A DNA stretch of 64,000 nucleotides from an uncultured Collinsella sp. (GTDB lineage Bacteria > Actinomycetota > Coriobacteriia > Coriobacteriales > Coriobacteriaceae): assembly GCA_900757615.1 (NCBI GenBank), contig CAAEON010000054.1, positions 13,219 through 77,218 of the forward strand, given 5' to 3'. Positions 34,643 to 44,300 of the stretch are shown here, one piece after another (the first letter of the stretch is position 1; each line of letters begins with the position of its first letter). The notes under the pieces are model-generated. The model did no database searches. It was not told where the DNA came from and saw nothing but the letters and a program-made list of their open reading frames with translations. Position numbers and translations under genes: made by a program.

Positions 34643-35735
34643 CGGAGTACACGACCTTACCGGAACCCTCGACGCACTCGCCCACGCGGAACGGCTTCTC
34701 GCCCAGCGCGACCAGAGCCTCGGTCACGGCAGCCTCGTCCTCGGGGGCAACGATCAGGCACAGGCCGACGCCCATGTTGAAGGTCTTGCATGCCTCGTTG
34801 GGCGCGAGCTCGGCCTGACGCGACACGTAAGTAATGACGGGCGGAACGTCCCAGCCCATCTCGGCACCGTTGCGGGTGACCACGGCATCGACGTCGTCGG
34901 CGAGTGCGCGGTTGAGGTTCTCGGTAATGCCGCCACCAGTGATGTGAGCAATGGCGTGCACCGAAGCGCCGCCACGCAGCAGCTCCAGAATCGGCTTGAC
35001 GTAGATGCGCGTAGGGGCCAGCAGAGCATCGGCCAGCGAAGCACCGTCGAGCTCCTCGAGCGGACGGCTCAGTTCCTCGGCCTTAGCGGCGGCCTCGGGC
35101 GTGCCCGGCTTGATGCCGTCAACGCCGATGACCTTGCGCACGAGCGAGTAGCCGTTGGAGTGCACGCCGGTGGAAGGCAGGCCCAGGATCACATCGCCGG
35201 GGCGAACGTTCGCGGGGTCGAGCATCTTGGGACGATCGACAACACCCACGGTAAAGCCGGCGAGGTCGTAATCGGCCGGAGCCATGACGCCGGGGTGCTC
35301 GGCCATCTCGCCGCCCACGAGCGCGCAGCCCGCGAGCTTGCAGCCGTCGGCCACACCCTTGATGATCTTTGCCATGTGCTCGGCCTCAATGTGACCGATG
35401 GCAACGTAATCCAGGAAGAACAGCGGCTCGGCGCCCGAAGCCAAAATGTCATTGACGCACATGGCGACCAAGTCCTGGCCCACCGTCTCGTGACGGTCCA
35501 TGATCTGGGCGAGCACGAGCTTGGTGCCCACGCCGTCGGTGCCGCTAATCAGGATCGGGTCTTCCATATCCTTAAGCGCGGCGGCCGAGAACAGGCCGCC
35601 AAAGCCACCGATGCCGCCGATGACCTCGGGGCGGTTGGTGTCCTTGACCATCTGCTTAATAGCGTCGACGGCGCGGCCGCCCTCGGCGGTATCGACGCCG
35701 GCGTCCTCGTACGTCACATGCTTGCTGTCGCTCAT
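34632..35735 (-). CDS. purM: phosphoribosylformylglycinamidine cyclo-ligase (AIR synthetase)
   Basis: Motifs YEDAGVD, GGFGGLF, DGVGTK, DYVA and HITGGG. It overlaps purN by 11 nt. Confidence 0.9.
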   Translation of the reverse strand: MSDSKHVTYEDAGVDTAEGGRAVDAIKQMVKDTNRPEVIGGIGGFGGLFSAAALKDMEDPILISGTDGVGTKLVLAQIMDRHETVGQDLVAMCVNDILASGAEPLFFLDYVAIGHIEAEHMAKIIKGVADGCKLAGCALVGGEMAEHPGVMAPADYDLAGFTVGVVDRPKMLDPANVRPGDVILGLPSTGVHSNGYSLVRKVIGVDGIKPGTPEAAAKAEELSRPLEELDGASLADALLAPTRIYVKPILELLRGGASVHAIAHITGGGITENLNRALADDVDAVVTRNGAEMGWDVPPVITYVSRQAELAPNEACKTFNMGVGLCLIVAPEDEAAVTEALVALGEKPFRVGECVEGSGKVVYSDER

Positions 35736-35849
35736 CTGAGCCTTCCTCTCCCACTACCGTCTGACGAGCAGGCGCCAAACGGTGCTCATAGTTGCGTTCA
35801 TTTCGGCGCGCGCCATAACAGCGCGCGCCGTCATATCAACAAAACAGCA

Positions 35850-35893
35850 GATAAAACCTGCCAAAATAAACCTGTCCCTAAATGGCAGGTTTT
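35850..35893. repeat. second copy of the AAAACCTGCCAAAATAAACCT hairpin element, overlapping the purF stop codon
   Basis: gataaaacctgccaaaataaacctgtccctaaatggcaggtttt matches 22024-22063 except in the loop end. Confidence 0.85.
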
Positions 35894-37562
35894 AGGCCTC
35901 GCCGTGCTCCTCTTCCCAGCTGCGGTCGTCGTATTTCTCGACCACGGCGTCGTCGTCAAAGTGCAGCGGCTTGTCCAGGTTGCGGGGCTTAAAGCCCTCC
36001 ATGAACTTGTCGCGGCCAAAGCTCTCGGGAATCGCCACGGGGTAGCGTCCGGTAAAGCACGCATCGCAGTAACCGCCCTTGGGCATGACCTTAAGCAGGC
36101 CCTCGACCGAAAGGAAGGCCAGCGAATCGGCGCCGATATACTCGCAAATCTCGTCGACCGTCTTGTTGGCGCTGATGAGCTGCGACTGCACGTCGGTATC
36201 GATACCGTAGAAGCACGGCCAGATGACCTCGGGCGAGTTGATGCGAATATGAATCTCCTTGGCACCGGCGTTGCGCAGCATCTTGACGAGCTGCACCATG
36301 GTGGTGCCGCGCACAATGGAGTCGTCGATGACGACCAGGCGCTTGCCCTCGATGTTGTCACGCAGCGGGTTGAGCTTCATGCGCACGCCCATGGCACGCA
36401 GCTCCTGCGTAGGCTCGATAAACGTACGACCCACGTAGCGGTTCTTGATAAGGCCCTCGCCAAAGGGAATACCGCTCTCGTGCGAATAGCCCTCCGCGGG
36501 CGGCAGGCCGGAGTCGGGCACGCCGATGACCAGGTCGGCCTCGACGGGCTCCTCATGTGCCAGCTGACGACCCATGTCATAACGGCAAGCGTAGACGCTC
36601 TTGCCGTTCATGATGGAATCGGGGCGAGCGAAGTAGACCTGCTCAAAGATGCAGTTAGCAGGCTCCTCGGCGGCAGGCACACCCTGCTCGGACACAAGGC
36701 CCTCGGCGCTGATGCGCAAAATCTCGCCGGGACGGACGTCGCGGACGTACTCGGCACCCACAATGTCGAGCGCACAAGTCTCGGAGGCGACGACCCAGCC
36801 GCCGGCGCGGGTGACATGGGTGGCAACGTCAACCGTCGCGGCGCCGTCCTGCGACGGCAGCTGCGAAACGGATGCGGCATCGGCCTGGTCCAGGCCCTCG
36901 TCCACCAGCTTGCCCAACACCAGTGGGCGAATGCCATGCGGATCGCGGAAGGCGTAGAGCGCCTGCTCGTTGATGAGCGTCATGGCATAACCGCCACGCA
37001 CGAGCTCCATGGTCTTGCGAATGCCCTCGCGCAGGTGGCCCGTACGCTGGGTAAAGTAGCCGATGAGCTTGGTCGCGACCTCGGAATCCGAATTGGAGAG
37101 GAACGGCACGCCCAGCTCAATCAGCTGGCGACGCAGCTCGTCGGTGTTGACGAGGGTGCCGTTGTGCGCGAGCGCGATAATGACGCTATTGATGGTAGAG
37201 AGGTGTGGCTGAGAGGCTTCCCAACTCTTGGCGCCGGCGGTGCCGTAGCGCACATGACCCACGGCCAGCTGACCGGAGAGCGTCGACAAGTCGGCATTGG
37301 AGAACACGCGATCGAGCAGGCCCAGGTCCTTGCGGACCATAACCGTGCCGCCGTCACCAACAGCGATTCCCGCCGATTCTTGGCCACGGTGCTGCAGTGC
37401 ACGCAGGCCAAAGTACGTCAGTCGAGCCACGTCGCGATCGGGCGCCCAGACACCAAAAACGCCGCATTCCTCATGCAGCTGGTCGGAGTCCGGATCATAC
37501 GTCGACATGGCGTTCACCTGTCCCGCGGCACGCTCGGCCGCGCGGATGGTTTCTTGAGACAT
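35892..37562 (-). CDS. purF: amidophosphoribosyltransferase
   Basis: ECGVFGV Ntn Cys, RGQESAGI, a PRTase loop VVIDDSIVRGTT, and a C-terminal Cys cluster CFYGID..CDACFTG. Confidence 0.9.
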   Translation of the reverse strand: MSQETIRAAERAAGQVNAMSTYDPDSDQLHEECGVFGVWAPDRDVARLTYFGLRALQHRGQESAGIAVGDGGTVMVRKDLGLLDRVFSNADLSTLSGQLAVGHVRYGTAGAKSWEASQPHLSTINSVIIALAHNGTLVNTDELRRQLIELGVPFLSNSDSEVATKLIGYFTQRTGHLREGIRKTMELVRGGYAMTLINEQALYAFRDPHGIRPLVLGKLVDEGLDQADAASVSQLPSQDGAATVDVATHVTRAGGWVVASETCALDIVGAEYVRDVRPGEILRISAEGLVSEQGVPAAEEPANCIFEQVYFARPDSIMNGKSVYACRYDMGRQLAHEEPVEADLVIGVPDSGLPPAEGYSHESGIPFGEGLIKNRYVGRTFIEPTQELRAMGVRMKLNPLRDNIEGKRLVVIDDSIVRGTTMVQLVKMLRNAGAKEIHIRINSPEVIWPCFYGIDTDVQSQLISANKTVDEICEYIGADSLAFLSVEGLLKVMPKGGYCDACFTGRYPVAIPESFGRDKFMEGFKPRNLDKPLHFDDDAVVEKYDDRSWEEEHGEA

Positions 37563-37847
37563 GGCATCCCCTCAGAGCCTCGTTATTTGGCGTTACCTGC
37601 CCTATTATACGCACGGCACGACGCGCTCCCCAGCGCATGAGCAGCGCTTTTTAAAAGCCCACCGAGCTAATAATCCGTTTTGTGGCCAAACATTTTATCG
37701 GTCTGTCCAGTGCAAGCGCCCGCGCCCCCAGATGGCCGCCGCGTCCACCGTTGGGGATTACAAAGTTGCAATTGGGACGTTCGTCCTGTCTTTTGGCAGG
37801 TCGGCGGCGTATCCTTGTAGCCTAGGACAAAGCGAGAAAGGTTCTGT

Positions 37848-39077
37848 ATGGATCGAAACGAACTCGACCCCAGCGTCCCCAGCGCCACGGAGGTCAAGAA
37901 GATTCCCCTCATCATTAAGGTGTACGCCGTCCTGTGCATCCTATCCGGCGTGGGCACACTCCCGTCGGTCGGCGCCTTTATGTGGCAGGTCATCACCGCG
38001 CTCATCAACGGCAACGCCGCCGAAAAGCTCGGCGACAATATGCTGGTCTCGGTTGGACTCATCGTCGCCGGCATCATGCTCTCTGCGGCAAGTGCCGTCA
38101 TCCTGATCATCTTTGGCCTGGACCTTATCAAAAACCAGCGCCGCAACGCCGCCCGCCTGTCCTACATCCTTATTGCATTCACCGTCGTCGAGCTTTTGGT
38201 CGACGTGATGCTCCAGGGCATCGGGCCCTTCCTGCTGCGTCCCGCGATCCAGCTCGGCATCCTCGTTGCACTTTCGGCAACCGTCGACCCCACGCTGCGC
38301 CAGGAGCGCGAACTGCAGCGCCGCCTGCAGGAGATGCTCGACCGTGACGCCGCGGCGGAGGGCATGCTCGGCCGCGATGAAACCGGCGAGGGCTACATCA
38401 AGCTCAACTACTTCAACCTGTTCTGGGTATTCTTCGTCTGCTGCGTGCTCGGCCTGATCGCCGAGGACATCTGGCATATGACAGTCGACGACCCGGGCGT
38501 CTACCAGAACCGCGCCGGCATGCTGTTTGGTCCCTTCAGCCCCATCTATGGCTTTGGCGCCGTACTCATGACCATGGTGCTCAACCGCTTCTATAAAAAG
38601 AACCCCATCATCATTTTCCTGGTAAGCGCTGTGCTCGGCGCGAGCTTTGAGGTGTTCGTGGGCTGGTTTATGCAGACCTCATTTGGCGTGGTCTCGTGGA
38701 GCTACTCGCACATGAAGCTGTTCGGCATGCCCGACCCACTCGCCGTCCTTACGGGCGGACGCACCTGCACGGGCTTTGCCTGCCTGTGGGGCCTGGGTGG
38801 CCTTATCTGGATCAAGCTGCTGTTGCCGAGGCTGCTCAAGCTCATCAACATGATTCCGTGGAAGAGTCGCTACTCGGCTACCGTCATCTTTACCGTCATT
38901 ATGCTGGTCGACGGCGTCATGACGCTGCAGTCGCTCGACTACTGGTACCAGCGCGTCAACGGCACGGAGCCGGATATTCCCGTCGCGCAGTTCTACGGCA
39001 AGTATTTCGATAACGACTACATGGAGAACCGCTTCCAGAGCATGACCATGAGTCCCAAGGATGCGACGCGCGTGTAG
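37848..39077 (+). CDS. membrane protein with C-terminal 'putative ABC-transporter type IV' (CmpB/DUF1113-like) domain
   Basis: N-terminal 4-TM region, a charged linker, then FWVFFVCCVLGLIAEDIW...GPFSPIYGFGAV...SFEVFVGW, as in the PF06541-type family. Confidence 0.45.
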   Translation: MDRNELDPSVPSATEVKKIPLIIKVYAVLCILSGVGTLPSVGAFMWQVITALINGNAAEKLGDNMLVSVGLIVAGIMLSAASAVILIIFGLDLIKNQRRNAARLSYILIAFTVVELLVDVMLQGIGPFLLRPAIQLGILVALSATVDPTLRQERELQRRLQEMLDRDAAAEGMLGRDETGEGYIKLNYFNLFWVFFVCCVLGLIAEDIWHMTVDDPGVYQNRAGMLFGPFSPIYGFGAVLMTMVLNRFYKKNPIIIFLVSAVLGASFEVFVGWFMQTSFGVVSWSYSHMKLFGMPDPLAVLTGGRTCTGFACLWGLGGLIWIKLLLPRLLKLINMIPWKSRYSATVIFTVIMLVDGVMTLQSLDYWYQRVNGTEPDIPVAQFYGKYFDNDYMENRFQSMTMSPKDATRV

Positions 39078-39098
39078 CGCCCACCGCGCCCAAAACAC

Positions 39099-39137
39099 AA
39101 AATGCCCGCCGGTATCACACGTACCGGCGGGCATTTT
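39099..39137. terminator. bidirectional rho-independent terminator
   Basis: Stem aaaatgcccgccggta / taccggcgggcatttt (16-bp perfect stem, 7-nt loop) between convergent genes. Confidence 0.8.
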
Positions 39138-39167
39138 TATAAACGAGCCTTCTATCGACGCAAGCCT

Positions 39168-39587
39168 CTACGCCTCGCGCTCGACCTCGCTCACACACTC
39201 ATTTTTGATGGTACCGACGAGCGCCTGCAGCGCATCGACCACATGCGGGCGAATGTCCCCGCCAATGAGCACGAGCATGATGTCGTCGCCCACGGCGAGC
39301 TCGCCACTCGCCAACCACACGCGCACGTAACCGATACCCGGCATCGCGTGCGTTGCCTCGATAGCGGCCTGCACCTTTTCGGCATCGAAGCCAAACACCA
39401 TGCCGCCCACCTTATGCCCAGGCGCCACGCCATCGGTCTCGACTCCGCGCACCTCAGCCTTGGGCGTCGCGCGCACCACACCGTTATGCGTCAGATACAT
39501 CCCACAGCCTGCCGCCGAAGCATCGGCCTTGGCCTCGCGCAGCCAAGCATCAATCGAAGGCATCAATTTGCCACTCTCGAGCATCAT
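39168..39587 (-). CDS. MoaE-like (molybdopterin synthase large-subunit fold) protein, orphan
   Basis: Length 139 aa. GMYLTHNGVVR...VGDDIMLVLIGGDIRPHVVDALQALVGTIKNE follows the MoaE pattern loosely. There are no moaD/moaA neighbours. Confidence 0.4.
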   Translation of the reverse strand: MMLESGKLMPSIDAWLREAKADASAAGCGMYLTHNGVVRATPKAEVRGVETDGVAPGHKVGGMVFGFDAEKVQAAIEATHAMPGIGYVRVWLASGELAVGDDIMLVLIGGDIRPHVVDALQALVGTIKNECVSEVEREA

Positions 39588-39651
39588 TTCTCCCTTACCG
39601 TCGTCGAGTAGCCAATTTGGGACGGGGCCTTTTTAGCTACTCTCGAACAAC

Positions 39652-40650
39652 TTATTCCTCGACCGGCGTGAGCACCATGACGGCGCGTGTGTTGCTCAGC
39701 GACAGCGAACGACAGGTCACAAGCGTTACAACCTTAGTTGCCGAAGCGGCACGATCGGTGGCATCACTCGCCACGGCAGAAGCGCCGTCGAGCATCTCGG
39801 ACAGGTAGTTCTTGAGTCCGTCGTCGCCCTCAAAATTGGTCGTGCGCGCCTTGGCATACGTGTCCTCGACCACCTTGGTCGCCAGCGGACGCAACTTATA
39901 CGTCGCATCGCGCGTGATGTAGTACACATATTCAACGCTATCGAACGTTGCCTGGTCAGTCGTATCCGAAATCACGTTGAACATCGACCCATCGTTCATA
40001 TGGTGGCCGTAGATCGTGGTCTGCTGGTCGACCATTCCCGGCGCGGTGTCATCGCTATCCAAGAAGATGGCACCCGAGGCGTTAGACGTGCCATCGAACA
40101 GCGTGTTGAGGTATTTGGAGTTGTTGTTGGTCTGCACCACGGGATAGTTGATGTTGGTTCCCGGCACGTAAATCCAACCCACAATCTCGGGGTTCGTCTG
40201 AGCAAGTGCATCAAAGTCGATAATCGGCACGCCGCTGGCGTCCTTATCGCTTACATATTGCTTCTCGATTTTCTGATACGAATCGCTCGCCTGCTTATAG
40301 CCAATCTGGGCATTGATAAAGATGGCAGCGGCGGCAACAATCAGACCGATGCCCACGATGATGAGCAGAATAGGAATGATGGAGCGGCGCTTTTTACGCG
40401 GCGACTCGGTGTAATCCGACGGCGTGGCATGCGATGAAGACCGGGGCGGCTTCTTAGCGGTGCTATAAGATGAAGGTCGATATGCGGCCGGCGCGTCCTG
40501 TCGACGATGCGTCGCCGGTGTCACGGGGCGCGGCGTGCGCGGCTGCTGAGGAGAGGATGTCCGACCCTGCTGTGCCGCATGGGCAGCACCCGGCTTCGAC
40601 GGATCGGGAATCTGAGAAGCCTTGAATCGTTTTCCCTGATAGTCGGACAT
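39652..40650 (-). CDS. class B-like sortase with long Pro/Arg-rich cytoplasmic N-terminus
   Basis: TM is ILLIIVGIGLIVAAAAIF. Motifs IVGWIYVPGTNINYPVVQ and YGHHM, with the catalytic Cys in VTLVTCR. Confidence 0.75.
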   Translation of the reverse strand: MSDYQGKRFKASQIPDPSKPGAAHAAQQGRTSSPQQPRTPRPVTPATHRRQDAPAAYRPSSYSTAKKPPRSSSHATPSDYTESPRKKRRSIIPILLIIVGIGLIVAAAAIFINAQIGYKQASDSYQKIEKQYVSDKDASGVPIIDFDALAQTNPEIVGWIYVPGTNINYPVVQTNNNSKYLNTLFDGTSNASGAIFLDSDDTAPGMVDQQTTIYGHHMNDGSMFNVISDTTDQATFDSVEYVYYITRDATYKLRPLATKVVEDTYAKARTTNFEGDDGLKNYLSEMLDGASAVASDATDRAASATKVVTLVTCRSLSLSNTRAVMVLTPVEE

Positions 40651-40685
40651 GGCTCTCCTTATACTGCGGTGAAACGGCGGAACGC

Positions 40686-41150
40686 CTAGGCGTCAGCCAT
40701 CTCCTGCTTCATCTTCTCGATAACCTTGCGGTACTCGGGGTCGCATGCGCCCAAGATCTGCGTGGCATAGATGGCGGCATTCTTGGCGCCGTTGATGGCA
40801 ACGCAGGCCACGGGTACGCCCGAAGGCATCTGCACCATCGACAGCAGCGAATCCATACCGCCCAGGTCACTCGTCTTCATAGGCACACCGATAACCGGCA
40901 GCGGCGTAAAGGCAGCCACGACACCACCCAGGTGAGCAGCCTTGCCGGCGGCGGCGATAATCACTTTGATACCGCGATCGGCGGCAGTCGAGGCCCACTC
41001 GTGGACCTTCGCCGGCGTGCGGTGTGCGCTCGCAATGACGAGCTCATAGGGCACACCGAGCGCCTCGAGCTCGGCGGTGCAGCCTTCCATAACACCCAGA
41101 TCGGACTTGGAGCCCATGATGATCCCGACAACCGGCTTTTGATCTGCCAT
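40686..41150 (-). CDS. purE: 5-(carboxyamino)imidazole ribonucleotide mutase
   Basis: Motifs GIIMGSKSD, SAHRTP and AAGKAAHLGGVVAA. AGGAGG lies 9 nt upstream of the ATG at 41150. Confidence 0.9.
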   Translation of the reverse strand: MADQKPVVGIIMGSKSDLGVMEGCTAELEALGVPYELVIASAHRTPAKVHEWASTAADRGIKVIIAAAGKAAHLGGVVAAFTPLPVIGVPMKTSDLGGMDSLLSMVQMPSGVPVACVAINGAKNAAIYATQILGACDPEYRKVIEKMKQEMADA

Positions 41151-41299
41151 AAACAAAGACCTCCTGTTGAGAGCGGTGACGCGGCGAATCCGCGACCCTT
41201 AACTGCAAATAATTCAAGTATAGCCGCCGATGCTGATGTGTTCGGCGGGAGACGGAACGCTTTGCGAGATTAAGGCCGAAGGGTCGGAGCTTTCCGCCT

Positions 41300-41349
41300 A
41301 CATTCAAAAAGCGTGCCCACCGTCCTTGGGTGGGACGGCGGGCACGCTT
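41300..41349 (-). terminator. rho-independent terminator after the GH31 gene
   Basis: Stem aagcgtgcccaccgtcc / ggacggcgggcacgctt (1 mismatch), followed on the minus strand by tttttgaatg. Confidence 0.75.
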
Positions 41350-41367
41350 GCTTAGCTGTTGCTGGGG

Positions 41368-44300
41368 CTACTTAGCCTTGCTGCGACGATGGAAGAAAGC
41401 GCCGATTGCGGCGATGATGGCGCCAAGACCACCGACGGTCGCGACGGTCGCCGCCGTCTGGTCTCCGGTATTGGGAATCGCCGAACCGTTCTTCTTGCTG
41501 CCCTGGGCCTTGTCGCCTGCGGGCTTGCCCGCCTGGTTGCCGCCGTTCGAGCCATTGCCGGAACCCTGGTTGCCCGAGCCGCCCTGGTTGCCGGAATCGG
41601 CATCCTTGAGGCTCTCAATGGCCAGCTTGAGCTGGCCATAGGCCGCCTGGATCTGGGTGTCGGAAGCATTCTCATCACCCAAGACGTCCTCGGCGTAGGT
41701 AATGGCATCCGTCAGGACCTTGACAGACTCGGCCGTCTTGCCCCTGGTGTCAGTCTCCTTCGCCTGCTTGACCAGGGCCTTGAGCTGCTTCTTAGTCGGA
41801 TTCTCGACCGGGGCCACCGGGGTCTTCTCGAGCGCGCCGCGGGCGCTCTCGAGCGCTCTGAGCGCCTGGTCGACCTCGTCCTGCGTGGCGTTCTCGTCGC
41901 TCAAGATGGCGCGGGCGCTCGCCAGGGCGTTCTCGAGCGCCGTCCAGGAGGCCTCGGTGTAGTCACCGGCCTTGAGGTCGCCGGCAGCAACCTCGGCATC
42001 AACCTTTTCGATCGCGGTAGCGAGATCTTCCTTCGCCACCGGATCGGGGACGGCCGTACCGTAGAACTTGAGCTCTGCCATGCTGCAGTAGGCATCAACG
42101 TCGCCTCCGCCGGCGTGAATCACCTTGACGGTCACGTAGCGACCGCGCGCGGCGCCAAAGCTCATCTGTTTCCAGTCGCCACGGTCGGTGAGCACGCAGC
42201 CGTCGTTGTCGAAGGCGAACGTACCCATCGACGCGGCGGTGCCCATCTCATAACCGTCGGCAGTGTCGGAGACCAGTATCTCGGCCTCGAAGATATCGCC
42301 GTTAGTGCCGCCGTCCTGGCGCGGCAGGAATGTAACGTCGGTGAGATCGTAGTCGCGGCCCAGGTCGACACTCAGATACTGGGGCATACCGGTCCCATGG
42401 GCCCAGTCGCTGTGCCAAAGCGTCCGCTCGTCGCCGTCGAGAGCGTTGACGGCGTTGCTGCCCTCGTAGTCGGCCTCACTCGAGAAGCGGGCCACCTTGA
42501 CGTTCTTGCGGTTCTCGGGCGTGTTGATGAGAATCTTCTCATCGACAGGGCGCATCTTGAGGCCGTCGATTGCCTTCTCGATCTTGACTGTGGCGTCTGC
42601 GACATCCTTCTTGCTATAGCTGCCTTGGCCGCCGTCGAGGAGCTTCTGAGCCGCCTCGACCGCAGTGGTGAGAGCTGCATAGGAATCCTTAGTGTAGACG
42701 GACTCGCTGTAGCCCGCGGCCTTGGAAAGCGCTGCCACGAGCGCAGAGGTATCGACACCAGCCTTGACCTCGACCTCATAGGATGCGGTCTTGGAGGGGT
42801 CGAGTACCGACGCCACCGTGATCTTTGCCTTGCCGGCCTTGTTGGCACGCAGGTAGTAGCTCACGCTATCGCCAGCCTGAACAGCGGAGACGCTTACCAC
42901 AGAGGGGTCGGAGCTCTCGACCGTCACATAGGGGTAGCCGGCGCTCTCAGGCGTGGCCTTGGCGTCGACGAGCGTAACGTCGCCTTCAAAGAACTCGGTC
43001 TGGTTCTTGCCTAGCTCGACACCCTCGATGGCCTCGACACCCTGCGTGTAGTTGAAGTTGACCTCACGCAGTGTGAGCATCTGGTCACCCGATGCCTCAA
43101 GCGGCGTGACCTCGACCTTGGTCGCCTTCTTGCCCTTGTTCTCGGCAGAGAGGCCAAAGGCGTAGCGAGCCCGGAAGGAATCGTACTCCCCGCCCGCGAA
43201 CTCTTGGGTCGAGCCATCCTCGAACGTCACGACAGCCTTGATCTTCTGCACGGTTCCGTTGCCACCGTTGCGGTTAACGACCTCGACACTATCGAGTTTC
43301 GACGGCGTCTTAAATGCGAATGTCATCGTGGTGGGAAGCTTCACGTAACTCGGAAGCTTACCCTCGCTGTCCCAGTTGCCGCTCCAGTTCCATAGGAACT
43401 CAAAGCCGTTGTCGCCCTCGTTATTATCGAACAGCGCGTTATAGCTCTTCTGCTGGATAAGTTTCTCGACGTTGGTCCCGTCGTCGGTCGTGAGCTCATC
43501 GTTGGTCATCGTGATGTTGAAGGCATCCTGACCGTACTCGGCGACCGTTGGCTGAGGAACATCCGGCATCGTCACCGTGCCGTCGCTCGCAAACTCAAGT
43601 GCGTCGCATGCCGGACCGATGAGCCAAGATGTCGAGGGCAGTTCGACCTTGCCGGCGGTCTTGGCCTTGAGCTTGAAACTCGCCACCGCGCCGGTACCGT
43701 TGTAGAGCTTGCCATCGCCGCGGTTGGCAAAGGCGAGATTGATAGTCTGCGTTCTGTCCGCGAACTGGACCTTCTCGCGAGACAGGTTCTCCATGCCGGC
43801 AGTCGAGCCGTCCTGCGCGATGCTCTCGGACACAAACTCGAACTGGTCGCTCTTGAAGTTGACGAGAGCGCCCAGGGCGTTGACGTTCTTGGCGTCGGCC
43901 GCATAGACATCAACGGTGATCTCATCACCGGCCTCGACCTCGGTCTTGCTCGGAATCACCGCGAGCGAACCTGCGACCTTGCCCTTTTGTTTAGTGCCGC
44001 CGTCAAGACCCGCCATGGTGAACGAGTAATCGTAGACGTCGTAAACGCCGTTATCGTTGAGGTCGGCGAAGTGGTCGCGGATCTGCGAACCGAACGTCGG
44101 GGTATCGGGCTCGCGGTTCTCGAGGCCCAGATAGTTCTTCATGTTGGAGTAGTCTCCGTCGGAGATCGTGGCCTTGTTGAGGTTGGAGCCCACGGCGAAG
44201 CCATCCGTGCCGTCGGTCTTGTAGATGGCAATCTCGGACGCGGAGAAGAAATTGCCGACCGAGGCGAGCGGTGTCATGCGCACGTAACGGGCGGCCACGG

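Noticed and set aside
34944-37640. Very long antisense ORFs opposite real genes. Examples are 34944-37640 (898 aa), 53435-56746 (1103 aa), 59212-61626 (804 aa), 41359-43014, 18331-19833, 21950-23074, 23074-24066, 2076-3014 and 6015-7125.
   Set aside because: These are typical high-GC shadow ORFs. Their translations are Arg/Ala/Gly/His-rich low-complexity sequences with no recognisable motifs. The opposite strand encodes proteins with unambiguous conserved motifs (PurF/PurM, CarB, the ABC exporter, GH31, GlmU, NfnAB, CoaX, FolP).
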